Below are positions 1 to 13,000 of a stretch of DNA of 64,000 nt, one piece after another. Source of the stretch: Pristiophorus japonicus. Its lineage: Eukaryota. How positions within the stretch are numbered: the first letter of the stretch is position 1; every line of letters begins with the position of its first letter. The stretch is taken from contig NC_091985.1 of assembly GCF_044704955.1 (NCBI RefSeq), positions 152,582,001-152,646,000 on the forward strand, written 5' to 3'. The notes under the pieces were generated by a model that saw only the letters and a program-made list of their open reading frames with translations, made no database searches and had not been told where the DNA came from. The translations under genes were made by a program, and so were the position numbers.

Positions 1-71
1 CATCTTGAGTGGTCAACTAGAATAGGCCACTGTCCCAAATACATGGTCAGAAAATCTGAATAGATCAAATC

Positions 72-1015
72 GAATTATAGGATATACGGCACCGAAACAG
101 GCCATTCGACCAAACCAGTTCATGCTGGCATTTATGCTCCACTTGAGCCTCCTCCTGTCTTTCCTCATCCAATTCTATCAGCATAACCCTTTATTCCTTT
201 CTCTCTCATGCTTGCCCAGCCTCCCCTTAAATGCATTTATACTATTCGCTTCAACCACTCCCTGTGGTAGCGAGGTCCACATTCTCACCACTCTTTGGGT
301 AAAGAAGTTTCTTCTGAATGTCCTATTGGATTTCTTGATGACTATCTTTTATTGATGGCCTCTAGTTATGCTCTTCCCCCACAAGTGGAAACATTATCTC
401 CGTATCCACTCTATTAAAACCTTTTATAATTTTAAAAGACCTCCATTAAGTCACCCCTCAGCCTTATATTTTTCAAGAGGAGACCCAGCCTGTTCACCCT
501 TTCCTGATGTGTATACCCTCACATTTCTGGTATCATCCTGGTAAATCTTCTCTGCACTCTCTCCAATGCCTTTATATCCTTTTTGATATGGTGACCAGAA
601 TTGCACGCAGTACTCGAAGTGTGGTCTAACCAAGGTTCGATACAGGTTTAGCATAACTTCCCTACTTTTCAATTCCATCCATCTAGAAATAAACCCTAGT
701 GCTTGGTTTGCTATTTTTATGGCTTTGCTAAACTGTGGCGCAACTTTTAGTGATTGGTGTATTTGTAGTCCAAGATCCCTTTGTTCCTCTACCCCACCGA
801 GACTAGCACCCTCCAAGTAATAAATGACCTCCCTATTCTGCCTACCAAAATGTAACACCTCACAATTATCGGTGTTGAATGCCAACTGTTTGCCCATTCT
901 GCAAGTTTATTAATGTCCTCCTGTAATTTGTTGCAGTCCTCCTCAGTATTGACTATTTGGTGTCAGTCCACAAATTTAGAAATTGTGTTTTTGATTCAAA
1001 AATCTAAATTGTTAA
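72..1015 (-). mobile_element. CR1 LINE 3' fragment (RT C-terminus and tail), decayed
   Basis: ORF 451..897 contains LYRTLVRPHFEYCVQFWSPY; CR1-type tail near 75-120. Confidence 0.85.
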
Positions 1016-2124
1016 TATAAAACTAATAAATTATAAACTAAGCTTGTGCAAAACATCCCTGCATGCTCCCACCAATGAATGGATGCATAAGGAAGTAAAT
1101 ATTGTTTTATGTACTGGGAAAATGATTTGCATGCGCACTTACATTTTTAAACAATTCTTAATTACTACCCATATGTAAAAAGTGACGGAGTAAATCAAAT
1201 TACAAGGACACTAAAAAGGTACACCGGGCTATCTATAAAAAATATTAGTCCACAATCTAATACTGTATTCTAGGAATTTTGCCAGATCACAAAAGGAGCT
1301 TATGCTAAAAACAATGCACACTTGGACCCAACACACTTCCAAGTTCAGTAATTTGCAGGTTTTCCTTCTACAGTAGTAATGTGGTATTCATATCCCAATT
1401 AGGATTTGGGTCACTATTTTTATCTAGAGAATGCTATATAAATGTTGACAGTTACTCCATTTACTAAAGTCACCAGTCCATTAGATATATTTCAAGGTTT
1501 AGGAATGTGGCGATTATCTTCACTTGTAGAATTACTGCACTCAAAGATAAGATCTGCCTTTCAGATCTACTTCACATACACTGTACTATCCAAGTTAAGT
1601 AGCACATTTTCAGAAAGCAGAGACTCCTGCCAGGCTCCAAGTAGAAAAGGGGTTGACACTTTATAATGAACTCTGAGGCATTATTACAGGACCATTAGTT
1701 TACAGCAACTGAATAAATCAAATTCCATTATAACACAGCATTCCGGACTTTCTTTTAAACTGGTGTTCTAAGGATTGTATTCTGAAATTCTATGTACGGG
1801 TACCTATAATTAGGGCCACTGATTGCTTCGTGACTAAATGAAATTTCATTTTTTTTTTTTATATACAGGTTTTTCTGGGAATTATACGAGTGTTCTGAGA
1901 TTGCAATATGTGAGTCATTTTTTCCTAAGAAAACAACTAAGCAGCTTCAACTGCATACAATATTCTTAACAGTAAGTTATCCAAGCCAATTATTTTGATT
2001 CATTAGCACTCATTGTTCCACACAAAAAAAAAATCAAATTTTAATTTATAACATATTAGATTGCTATGCATGTCACACACCTATCACAATTCTGTGACAG
2101 TCACATAACAGCTGCATGCTTATA

Positions 2125-2139
2125 CCACCAGATGGCGCT
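2125..2139 (+). promoter_or_regulatory. Candidate CTCF binding site
   Basis: CCACCAGATGGCGCT matches the CCASYAGRKGGCRS core, in unique AT-rich intron sequence with the CpG retained. Confidence 0.55.
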
Positions 2140-2486
2140 TCAGAACCCCATACTTATACCTGCAGCATCACCAATGCCCTTGGGAGAAATTTGCTTTGTT
2201 CTGACTTTCTGTGGTCAAAGCCAAAGGAAATCCAATAGTATTTGTTTGAACAATATTTAGAGGTGAATTCTAGTGGATATTCTGTTTTTATTTGACGACT
2301 AAACGCATGGAGGCCAGCAAGGTCACAGATACCAAAGAAACATTTCCAAGGACACAACATTGTATGACAATTTAAGATGAGGGGATTCATTTTAATGTTA
2401 TGGGAATTATGGCGATTTGATTACCACGGCTTGCAAACTCGCTCATCAACTTCACACAGCAAAAGGGCCATATGCAACACGATTCA

Positions 2487-2576
2487 TTACTTAAATTTGT
2501 ATAGCGCTTTTCACATCCTTGGGAATTCCCAAAGCCCTGTACAGCCAGTGAATTACTTCTGAGGCGTGGTCACTGT
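2487..2576 (-). mobile_element. SINE 3'-tail fragment
   Basis: Similar to the tail of the SINE at 45034-45502 (tatagcgc...caaagc...tacagcc..tgaa.tactt). Confidence 0.55.
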
Positions 2577-3774
2577 TTATTTGTGTGGCTACTATAGTTT
2601 GAGGATAACTAAAGATAGCAAACTAACTTATAGGGTAAGGAAAGTACTTTTTGTTCAAGCTACTCCCCTTTTTCATATAGTGAAAAAATCTACCATTTAA
2701 GAATCTTGATAGATATCTTAAAATGTAAAGGATGCAGCCTAGTAGGGGACACACCCAACAGTGCACAATGATTATTTATGTGACTCAAAACATGAAAAGT
2801 GTGGGGGGGGTTTTATAATAAAGATTCTTGCCTGTAGATCTTTTGGTCTACAAAATTGAGTGCAGGGAAGAGAAATAGTAAGTACTTTGAACAAGAGTAC
2901 TTCTTATAGGCTTTCCTTTTCCTTTTACAGTTTCACAGCTGTCCTTTTAAGATTCCAGACATCCAAGGTCTGACAATTCCATCTGTATTTACAGACAGTG
3001 CTTGACTGCAGCATATGCATGTCAGACCCATCAGGGAACTTCTGTGGTGGGGGTGGGGGCAAATGGAAAGCTGAAGAGAGACCATATGATACAATCATTT
3101 TTTTTTTTACTGAGTATGAAATATCAAATTTCGAGCAGTGGACACATTTTGTAACAGAACAAACCATCCTGGGGCTCACTGCAAGACAGTCTCGGAGGTA
3201 GAATGCTTGAATGAAGTGAAACAAAACAACTTTGATCTTTGAAAAATTTGCACAATATGTTCAACTGGTCAAGAGCAGAATGTCATCTCAGATAGTTTTT
3301 ATTTAGGACAAGACTGCTGCCAACGAAGTTGAAGTAGCTGCGCATGCACAGTTTGTAGTTTTTTTCGCTTGTTTTTGCTAACTGAAAAGAAAATATTGTC
3401 GCCATTACAAAGAAAACATTTCCAGAGAGAAAGGAGGGGAGGGGTGGTGCAGAGATCGCTACTGTCGAACAGAACCACATCAGGAAAAGAAAATTTATGC
3501 CAGCAAAACACAGTAAACATCCATTTTTATGAATTTTCTTCTCCTTTTCTCTTGCGCACCGTACAAATAAATCTCTGCAACCCTCCCCCAGCGAAAATAT
3601 CATACATTAATACTTAAACCAACCCCGCGCTATTATACATTAAACCAACCCAGAGCTCTATAGATTTCGGCATGCAATATGACTTATTATACATTCAACT
3701 TAAACCACCACAGATTTATGCGCAGAATGCTTTTCCGCAGTTTCCAGTCGTTGATAGCAGCAGTGACTCCGTTT

Positions 3775-4232
3775 TATAGAGGGAGTGCAACAAAGGTTCA
3801 CCAGACTGATTCCGGGTATGGGGGAATTGTACTATGAAGAGAGGTTGAGCAGACTAGGCCTTTATTCAAGTTTAGAATAATGAGAGGAGATCCCATTGAA
3901 ACATACAAATTCCTACAGGGTTTGATAGGGTAGAAGCAGGGAGGCTGTTTCCTCTGGCTGAGGAGTCTAGAACCAGGGATGATAGAATAGGGGGTCGGCC
4001 ATTTCGGAGAGGAGAAACCTCTTCACTCAGAGGATGGTGAATCTTTGGAATTCTCTATCCAGAAGGCTGTGGAGTCAGAGTATATTCAAGACAAAGATCG
4101 ATAGATTTTTGAAAATTAAGGGAATCAAGGGATTTGGGGATAGTGCAGAAAAGTGGAGTTGAGGTAGAAGATTAGCCATGATCTCATTGAATGGCAGAGG
4201 GTCCGAATGGCCTACTCCTGCACCTAGTTCTT
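3775..4232 (+). mobile_element. CR1 3' end, decayed
   Basis: gagggagtgcaacaaaggttcaccagactgattcc through tail ccgaatggcctactcctgcacc. Confidence 0.85.
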
Positions 4233-5659
4233 AAGAGGGAAGTGGGTCTTGTGGGTTTGAAGGCAAAAACATAAGCACAAAATGAAACTCATTCCAAAGA
4301 CCATGTATAATCCATCCCAATATGAACTCCATACATCCCCAATTCTGCTTATCTTGGTACTTGCCAAATCCAGAGATACACTTAGGTTATAGGAAGCTGA
4401 AAGAGACAGCATCTCATCATCATCATAGGTGGTCCCTCGAACTAAGATGGCTTGCTTCCACAAGAGTTCACAGATGTTTCAATGAAGGACCTGATGTTGC
4501 AGCAGGATAAATCCTCAACACTTGCTGGAGCTCAACATTGATTTTCACTAGGTATTACAAACTAACACTAGTTGTGACCGGCATCCATCCACATGCCTCC
4601 TACTTAAGCTTTAACTGCACTAATTTTCTCCACTTTAAATCAAAATAGAAACTGTTCCCTCAACATTGACAGGCACGCTATGGGTTCATTAAAGCACAAA
4701 AAGGTTGAAGAAAGAATGGTGCAAGTCAAAATTTGGCCACCCACAGGACCTGCTGACTCTAAACTAGATGTGAGTGGATCAATCAGCACACCACTGGAGG
4801 ATCATCACTGGCCATGCAGCAGAAACCTGCCGGGGATCAGTATCAAAAATAACTCCTATACATGACTCAATCATCTAGAATGACCTCATCTCTGGTACTC
4901 ATCCCAGTTGCTGGGTGCCAAACTTCCAAAACAAAGCTCACAACAGCTTATATCTCATATATGGATGATAGGCATCAGTCATAGGTTCACTGCCATGGTT
5001 GAAGAAGTTTTAATGTTTGCTGCCGATCAAAATTCTTTAATGAAGGGTTCCTCAACAAGTGAAGCACTGTCAAAGAAAAAGCTGCACACCAACCCCAAAA
5101 TGCAATTGCAAATGTCAGAAGGGATTGTACAGGTGGCATGATGTTACTGATGTCAACATCTTGGAGACTTCACACTTTTGATTCTTCTCAATGATTCAGA
5201 CTTACTCCTGAAATGTGTTGCTGATACGAATGAGGAAGTTTCTCTTTTTCCCCCCCTTCCTCCAACCCCCGACAATTTTTCACTACTGACGTCTTTTGTG
5301 CTCCTAAATAGATTTAAATGCAGAAGGATGCATCCAATTTTAAGACAAAAGTGATCTAAGCAACAGTATGAAGAAATTGGAGTAATCGAAGGTCGTAATA
5401 AACCAACTCTACATGGCATGGTAAATGAAAGTGCTGAAATAGTGGATGCTAGAAATTTTGGAAAGTTTACATCCATAGTAACTATGCATGAGGAATACAA
5501 CACAGAATGACACAAAGACCAATAACCCTGTTAGCTTGACTTCCAAGCATGTAAAATACTGGACTTTATAGAGAAAACACTAACAGTAACTATTAAATGT
5601 AAAGGCAATACAAACCAATATAGCGTTAAGCAGGAAACGTCATGCACAACAAATTCATT

Positions 5660-8507
5660 GTTGGGGAGAGTTTAAACTAATATGGCAGGGGGATGGGAAT
5701 CTATGCAGGGAGACAGAGGTAAGTAAAATGGGGCAGAAGCAAAAGGTAGAAAGGAGATAAGGAAAAGTGGAGGGCAGAGAAATCAAAGGCAAAAATCAAA
5801 AAGGGCCACAGTACAACATAATTCTAAAAGGACAAAGGGTTAAAAAAAACAAGCCTGAAGGCTCTGTGTCTCAATGCGAGGAGCATTCGTAATAAGGTGG
5901 ATGAAGTAACTACACAGATAGCTGTTAACGGATATGATGCAATTAGGATTACGGAGACATGGCTCCAGGGTGACCTAAGCTGGGAACTCAACATCCAGCG
6001 GATAGATAGAAAGGAAAAGAAGGTGGGGTAGCGTTGTTGGTTAAAGAGGAAATTAACGCAATAATAAGGACATTAGCTTGGATGATGTGGAATCTGTATG
6101 GGTAGAGCTGCGGAACACCAAAGGACAGAGAAAAAACTCGTGGGAGTTGTGCACAGACCACCAAACAGTAGTAGTGAGGTTGGGGATGGCATCAAACAGG
6201 AAATTAGGGATGCGTGCAATAAAGGTACAGCAGTTATCATAGGTGACTTCAATCTACATATAGATTGGGCTAACCAAACTGGTAGTAATATGGTGGAGGA
6301 GGATTTCCTGGAGTGTATAAGGGATGGTTTTCTAGACCAATATGTTGAGGAACCAACAAGAGAGCTGGCTATCATAGACTGGATGTTGGGTAATGAGAGA
6401 GGATTAATCAGCAATCTTGTTGTGCAAGGACCCTTGGGGAAGAGTGACCATAATATGGTAGGATTCTTCATTAAAATGGAGAGTTGCACAGTTAATTTAG
6501 AGACTAGGGTCCTGAACTTAAGGAAAGGTAACTTCGATGGTATGAGACGTGAATTAGCTAGGATAGACTGGCGAATGATACTTAAAGGGTTGATGGTGGA
6601 AAGGCAATGGCAGACATTTAAAGATCACATGGATGAACTTCAACAATTGTACATCCCTGTCTGGCGTAAAAATAAAACGGGGAAGGTGGCTCAACCGTGG
6701 ATAACAAGGGAAATTAGCGATCATGTTAAATCCAAGTAAGAGGCATATAAAAGGGCCAGAAAAGGCAGAAAACCTGAGGACTGGGAGAAATTTAGAATTC
6801 AGCAGAGAAGGACAAAGGGTTTCATTAGGAGGGGGAAAATAGAGTATGAGAGGAAGCTTGCAGGGAACATAAAAACTGACTGCAAAAGCTTCACGAGATA
6901 TGTGAAGAGAAAAAAAATTAGTGAAGACAAATGTAAGTCCCTTGCAGTCAGAATCAGGTGAATTTATAATGGGGAACAAAGAAATGGCAGACCAATTGAA
7001 CAAATACTTTGGTTCTGTCTTCACTAAGGAAGACACAAATAACCTTCCGGAAATACTAGAGGACCGAGAAAAAGGAACTGAAGGAAATCCTTATAAGTCA
7101 GGAAATTGTGTTAGGGAAATTGATAGGATAGGTTCATCAGTCTTTGAAAGTTTGCCATACAAGTACAGCAGGTGGTGAAGAAGACAAATGGTATGTCGGC
7201 CTTCATAGCTAGGGGATTTGAGTATAGGAGCAGGAAGGTCTTACTGCAGTTGTACAGGGCCTTGGTGAGGCTTCACCTGGAATATTGCATTCAGTTTTGA
7301 TCTCCTAATCTGAGGAAGGACATTCTTGCTATTGAGAGAGTGCAGCAAAGGTTCACCAGACTGATTCCCGGGATGGCAGGACTGACATATGAGAGGGTCT
7401 CGCAAGAAAGAGGAACTGAAGGAAATTCTGTGGCGGGAGCAGGACTTCCACGCTGGGGGCTACAATTCCCGGCGCCAGAAGGCCCCCAAGATGGGAGCCT
7501 GTGCGGGGAGGTAGAGGGAAGTAGAGGGGAGACGGGGGCGGGGGTTGGAGGGAAGAGTGGTGGAGGTGGAGGGCAGAGAAACCCAGGGCAGGGGACGGGA
7601 GGGGCCACATTGCAGCGGAGGTCTCGGTGCGGGGAGTGTTCAGAGTGGGGTGGATGGGTTGACTGCGCAGCTGGCGGTTGGTGGATGTGGTGTGGTTGGC
7701 GTTGCGCGGGCGTGGCTCCTGGGTGGCCGGGCCTGGGGGCTCGACATCCGGGGGTGTTCGGCATTTGGGAAGGATTCTGACGGGACGGGGCGGGTTGGGT
7801 GTGGGGGGAGTGTTCCCGGTGTTGAGTGGGCTGTTTGGGGCTGGGATGGGGAAAGACTTCTTCACTCGGGGAGTTGTTGGCCTTTGGGGTTCCCTGCAAT
7901 GGAGAGTTGTTGATGCCAGTTCATTGGATGTGTTCTGGAGGGAGTTGGATGTGGTCCTTGCGGCTGGGGGGGGGATGCTGGGGTAGGTGATCAGCCATGA
8001 TCTTGTTGAATGGTGGTGCAGGCTCGAAGGGCCAAATGGCCTACTCCTGCACCTATTTTCTATGTTTCTATGAGAGACTGGATCAACTGGGCCTTTATAC
8101 ATTGAAGTTTAGAAGGATGAGGGGGGATCTCATAGAAACATAAGATTCTGACTGGACGGGACAGGTTAGATGTGGGTAGAATGTTCCCGATGTTGGGGAA
8201 GTCCAGCACCAGGGGACACAGTCTGAGGATAAGGGGTAGACCATTTAGGACTGAGATGAGGAGAAACTTCTTCACTCAGAATTGTTAACCTGTGGAATTC
8301 CCTGCCGCAGAGTGTTGTCGATGCCAGTTCATTGGATATATGCACGATGGAGTTAGATATAGCCCTTACGGCTAAGGGGATCAAGGGGTATGGAGAGAAA
8401 GCAGGAAAGGGGTACTGAGGGAATGATCAGCCATGATCTTATTGAATGGTGGTGCAGGCTCGAAGGGCCGAATGACCTACTCCTGCACCTACTTTCTATG
8501 TTTCTAT
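5660..8507 (+). mobile_element. CR1 with large internal deletions (EN region and RT 3' end); hosts the A>G-rich insert
   Basis: ORF 6098..6739 has APE motifs (GDFN, SDH); ORF 6921..7178; tail ends ...tatgtttctatg near 8507. Confidence 0.85.
7396..8068 (+). mobile_element. Internally deleted CR1-derived retrocopy with A>G hypermutation
   Basis: Flanked by TATGAGAG (7388-7395 and 8069-8076). Segments align by eye to CR1 ORF1/ORF2 junction, EN start and RT 3' end, with many A positions read as G. Normal CR1 tail. Confidence 0.85.
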
Positions 8508-9992
8508 GAAGGCCTGATCCCAGTCTGCATCCCAGAGTACTTAAGGAAATGGCCCTAGAAATAGTGGATGCATTGGTGGTCATTTTCCAACATTCTATAG
8601 ACTCTGGATCTGTTCCTATGGATTGGAGGGTAGCTAATGTAACCCCACTTTATAACAAAGGAGGGAGAGAAAACAGGGAATTATAGACCGGTTAGCCTGA
8701 CATCGGTTGTGGGGAAAATGTTGGAATCAATTATTAAAGATGTAATAGCAGCGCATTTAGAAAACAGTGACAGGATTGGTCCAAGTCAGCATGGATTTAT
8801 GAAAGGGAAATCATGCTTGACAAATTTTCTAGAATTTTTTGAGAATGTAACTAGTAGAGTGGATGTGGTATATTTGGACTTTCAAAAGGCTTTTGACAAG
8901 GTCCCACACAAGAGATTAGTGTGCAAAATTAAAGCACATGGTATTGGGGGTAATTATTGACGTGGAGAGAGAACTGGTTGGCAGACAGGAAGCAAAGAAT
9001 AGGAATAAATGGGTCCTTTTCAGAATGGCAGGCAGTGACTAGTGGGGTACCACAAGGTTCAGTGCTGGGATCCCAGCTATTTACAATATATATTAATGAT
9101 ATAGACGAAGAAATTGAATGCAATATCTCCAAGTTTGCAGATGACACTAAGCTGGGTGGCAGTGTGAGCTGTGAGGAGGATGCTAAGAGGCTAGAAGGTG
9201 ATTTGGACAGGTTAGGTGAGTGGGCAAATGCATGGCAGATACAGTATAATGTAGATAAATATGAGGTTATCCACTTTGGTGGCAAAAACAGGAGGACAGA
9301 TTATCTGAATGGTGACAAATTAGGAAAAGGGGAAGTGCAACGAGGCCTGGGCGTCATGGTACATCAGTCATTGAAAGTTGCAGCAGGTACAGCAGGCGGT
9401 GAAGGCAGCAAATGGCATGTTGGCCTTCATAGCAAGAGGATTTAGGTATCAGAGCAGGGAGGTCTTACTGCAGTTGTACAGGGCCTTGGTGAGGCCACAT
9501 CTTAAATGTTGTGTACAGTTTTGGTCTCCTAATCTGAGGAAGGACATTCTTGCTATTGGAAGAGTGTAGCGAAGGTTCACCAGACTGATTCCCGGGATGG
9601 CAGGACTGACATATGAAGAAAGACTGGACCAACTAGGCTTATATTCACTGGAATTTAGAAGAATGAGGGGATCTCATGGAAACATAAAATTCTGACTGGA
9701 TAGGACAGGTCAGATGCAGGAAGAATGTTCCCGATGTTGGGGAAGTCCAGAACCAGGGGTCACAGTCTAAGGATAAGGGGTAAGCCATTTAGGACCGAGA
9801 TGAGGAGAAACTTCTTCACTCAGAATTGTGAACCTGTGGAATTCTCCACCACAGAAGGTTGTTGAGGCCAGTTTGTTAGATATATTCAAAAGGGAGTTAG
9901 ATGATGCCCTTACAGCTAATGGGATCAAGGGGTATGGAGAGAAAGCAGGAATGGGGTACTGAAGTTGCATGATCAGCCATGATCATATTGAA
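8508..9992 (+). mobile_element. 5'-truncated CR1 (RT, frameshifted); its tail is split and resumes at about 15533-15605
   Basis: ORFs 8709..8960 and 8957..9445 (GVPQGSVLG, FADD). gatcatattgaa at 9992 continues as gaatggtggtgcagg at about 15534. Confidence 0.88.
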
Positions 9993-10063
9993 ACATAGAA
10001 ACATAGAAAATAGGTTTCTAGCCTGCACCGCCATTCAATGAGTTCATGGCTGAACATGAAACA

Positions 10064-13000
10064 TCAGTACCCCATTCCTGCTTTCTCACCATACCCCTTG
10101 ATCCCCCTAGTAGTAAGGACTTCATCTAACTCCTTTTTGAATATATTTAGTGAATTGGCCTCAACAACTTTCTGTGGTAGAGAATTCCACAGGTTCACCA
10201 CTCTCTGGGTGAAGAAGTTTCTCCTCATCTCGGTCCTCAATGGCTTACCCCTTATCCTTAGACTGTGACCCCTGGTTCTGGACTTCCCCAACATTGGGAA
10301 CATTCTTGCTGCATCTAACCTGTCTAAACCCATCAGAATTTTAAACGTTTCTATGAGGTCCCCTCTCATTCTTCTGAACTCCAGTGAATACAAGCCCAGT
10401 TGATCCAGTCTTTCTTGATAGGTCAGTCCCGCCATCCCGGGAATCAGTCTGGTGAACCTTCGCTGCACTCCCTCAATAGCAAGAATGTCCTTCCTCAGGT
10501 TAGGAGACCAAAACTGTACACAATACTCCAGGTGTGGCCTCACCAAGGCCCTGTACAACTGTTGCAACATCTCCCTGCCCCTGTACTCAAATCCCCTTGC
10601 TATGAAGGCCAAAATGCCATTTGCTTTCTTAACCGCCTGCTGTACCTGCATGCCAACCTTCAATGGCTGATGTACCATGACACCCAGGTCTCTTTGCACC
10701 TCCCCTTTTCCTAATCTGTCACCATTCAGATAATAGTCTGTCTCTCTGTTTTTACCACCAAAGTGGATAAACTCACATTTATCCACATTATGGGCCCAAG
10801 TTTCCACATGATAAAAAACAGGCGCCCCTCCGAGCTGTGCGCCCGTTTTTCGCGTCTAAAACGGCGTCGGAAAAAAAACGAGCGATTCTGGAGCGATTTG
10901 CAGTTCCTTGTCTGCTTGGCGCGGCGCCCAGGGGGGCAGAGCCTACACTCGCGCCGATTTTGGAAGTGGGAGGGGGCGGGTACTATTTAAATTAGTTTTT
11001 TTTCCTGCCGTCAACGCTGCACGTGCGCGTTGGAGCATTCGCGCATGCTCAGTATGAAAAAAACATTGGCACTCGGCCATTTTAGCAGTTCTTTGTAGCT
11101 GTTTAGTTTTTGAACATTTTTTAATAAAAGTACATTGCCATCAGCACAGAGGCTTCTTGTAGCAGTGAGAAGGGTGCAGGAAGCCTCAGAATGTTGAGGC
11201 AGCCGTTTCCCGACGACCTCCCCCTTTTGCCGTCGGGAAATGGCTCCTCAATTTCTGAGGCTTCCTGCAGCCTTCTCTCTTTCCCGCCAGCCGTCTGCAA
11301 CGGCTCCATTCCCCCCCCCCCGCCCACGTTCGGTCGGCTCCCTCCTCCCCCCCCGCCGCCCGCGTTCGGTCGGCTCCCTCATTTTGTGAGGCTTGCTGCA
11401 CCATTCTTCCTGGCTGAAGCACTTTCACACAGGTAGGAAGATGGTTTATTTAATCTTTTCTTGGCTTATAAATGTTTATTCAGGTTGGATTTATTTGTAT
11501 AATATTTGTAGAAGTAGAAATTAGGATTGATTGTAGAATTTAATGAATTCCCTTCCCCCCCCCCCACCTCGTTCTGGACGCCTGATTTGTAACCTGCGCC
11601 TGATTTTTTAATGTGTAGAACAGGTTTTTTCAGTTCTACAAAAATGTTCACTAGCTCCATTCTACTTTAGTTTGGAGTACATTTTCACTGTGGAAACTTT
11701 GAAATCAGGCGTCAGTGGCCGGACACGCCCCCTTTTGAAGAAAAAATTCTGTTCCAAAGTAGAACTGTTCTACCTGGCTAGAACTGCAGAAAAAAAAATG
11801 TGGAGAATTGCGAATTCTAAGATAGTCCGTTCTCCACCAGTTGCTCCTAAAAATCAGGCGCGAATCATGTGGAAACTTGGGCCCATAACTTAATCTGCCA
11901 TGCATTTGCCCGCTCACCTAACCTATCCAAGTCACTCTGCAGCCTCATAGCATCCTCCTCGCAGCTCACACTGCCATCCAACTTAGTGTCATCCTCAAAT
12001 TTGGAGATACTACATTTAATCCCCTCGTCTAAATCATTAATGTACAATGTAAACAGCTGGGGCCCTAGCACAGAACCTTGCGGTACCCCACTAGTCACTG
12101 CCTGCCATTCTGAAAAGTCCCCATTTACTCCTACTCTTTGCTTCCTGTCTGACAACCAGTTCTCAATCCATGTCAGCACACTACCCCCAATCCCATGTGC
12201 TTTAACTTTGCTCATTAATCTCTTGTGTGGGACCTTGTCGAAAGCCTTCTGAAAGTCCAAATATACCACATCAACTGGTTCTCCCTTGTCCACTCCAATG
12301 GAAACATCCTCAAAAAATTCCAGAAGATTTGTCAAGCATGATTTCCCTTTCACAAATCCATGCTGACTTGGACCTATCATGTCACCTCTTTCCAAATGCG
12401 CTGCTATGACATCCTTAATAATTGATTCCATCATTTTACCCACGACCGATGTCAGGCTGACCGGTCTATAATTCTCTGTTTTCTCTCTCCCTCCTTTTTT
12501 AAAAAGTGGGGTTACATTGGCTACCCTCCACTCCATAGGAACTGATCCAGAGTCAATGGAATGTTGGGAAATGACCGTCAATGCATCCACTATTTCCAAG
12601 GCCACCTCCTTAAGTACTCTGGGATGCAGTCCATCAGGCCCTGGGGATTTATCGGCCTTCAATCCCATCAATTTCCCCAACACAATTTCCCGACTAATAA
12701 GGATTTCCCTCAGTTCCTCCTCCTTACCAGACCCTCTGACCCCTTTTATATCCGGAAGGTTGTTTGTGTCCTCCTTAGTGAATACCGAACCAAAGTACTT
12801 GTTCAATTGGTCCGCCATTTCTTTGTTCCCAGTTATGACTTCCCCTGATTCTGACTGCAAGGGACCTACGTTTGTCTTTACTAACCTTTTTCTCTTTACA
12901 TATCTATGGAAACTTTTGCAATCCGCCTTAATGTTCCCTGCAAGCTTCTTCTCGTACTCCATTTTCCATGCCCTAATCAAACCCTTTGTCCTCCTCTGCT

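Noticed and set aside
2925-3224. PDGSD peptide resembling the next afadin exon (DGSDSRDKPKLYRL)
   Set aside because: Similarity stops after five residues and there is no suitable acceptor; the next exon probably lies beyond the window start.
5153-5660. Possible host exon (ORF 5153..5515)
   Set aside because: No afadin similarity; the + strand shows faint CR1 EN/RT remnants, so more likely a very old LINE.
7291-8102. Long overlapping Gly/Pro-rich ORFs (up to 249 aa)
   Set aside because: By-product of A>G hypermutation removing stop codons in CR1 sequence; not genes.
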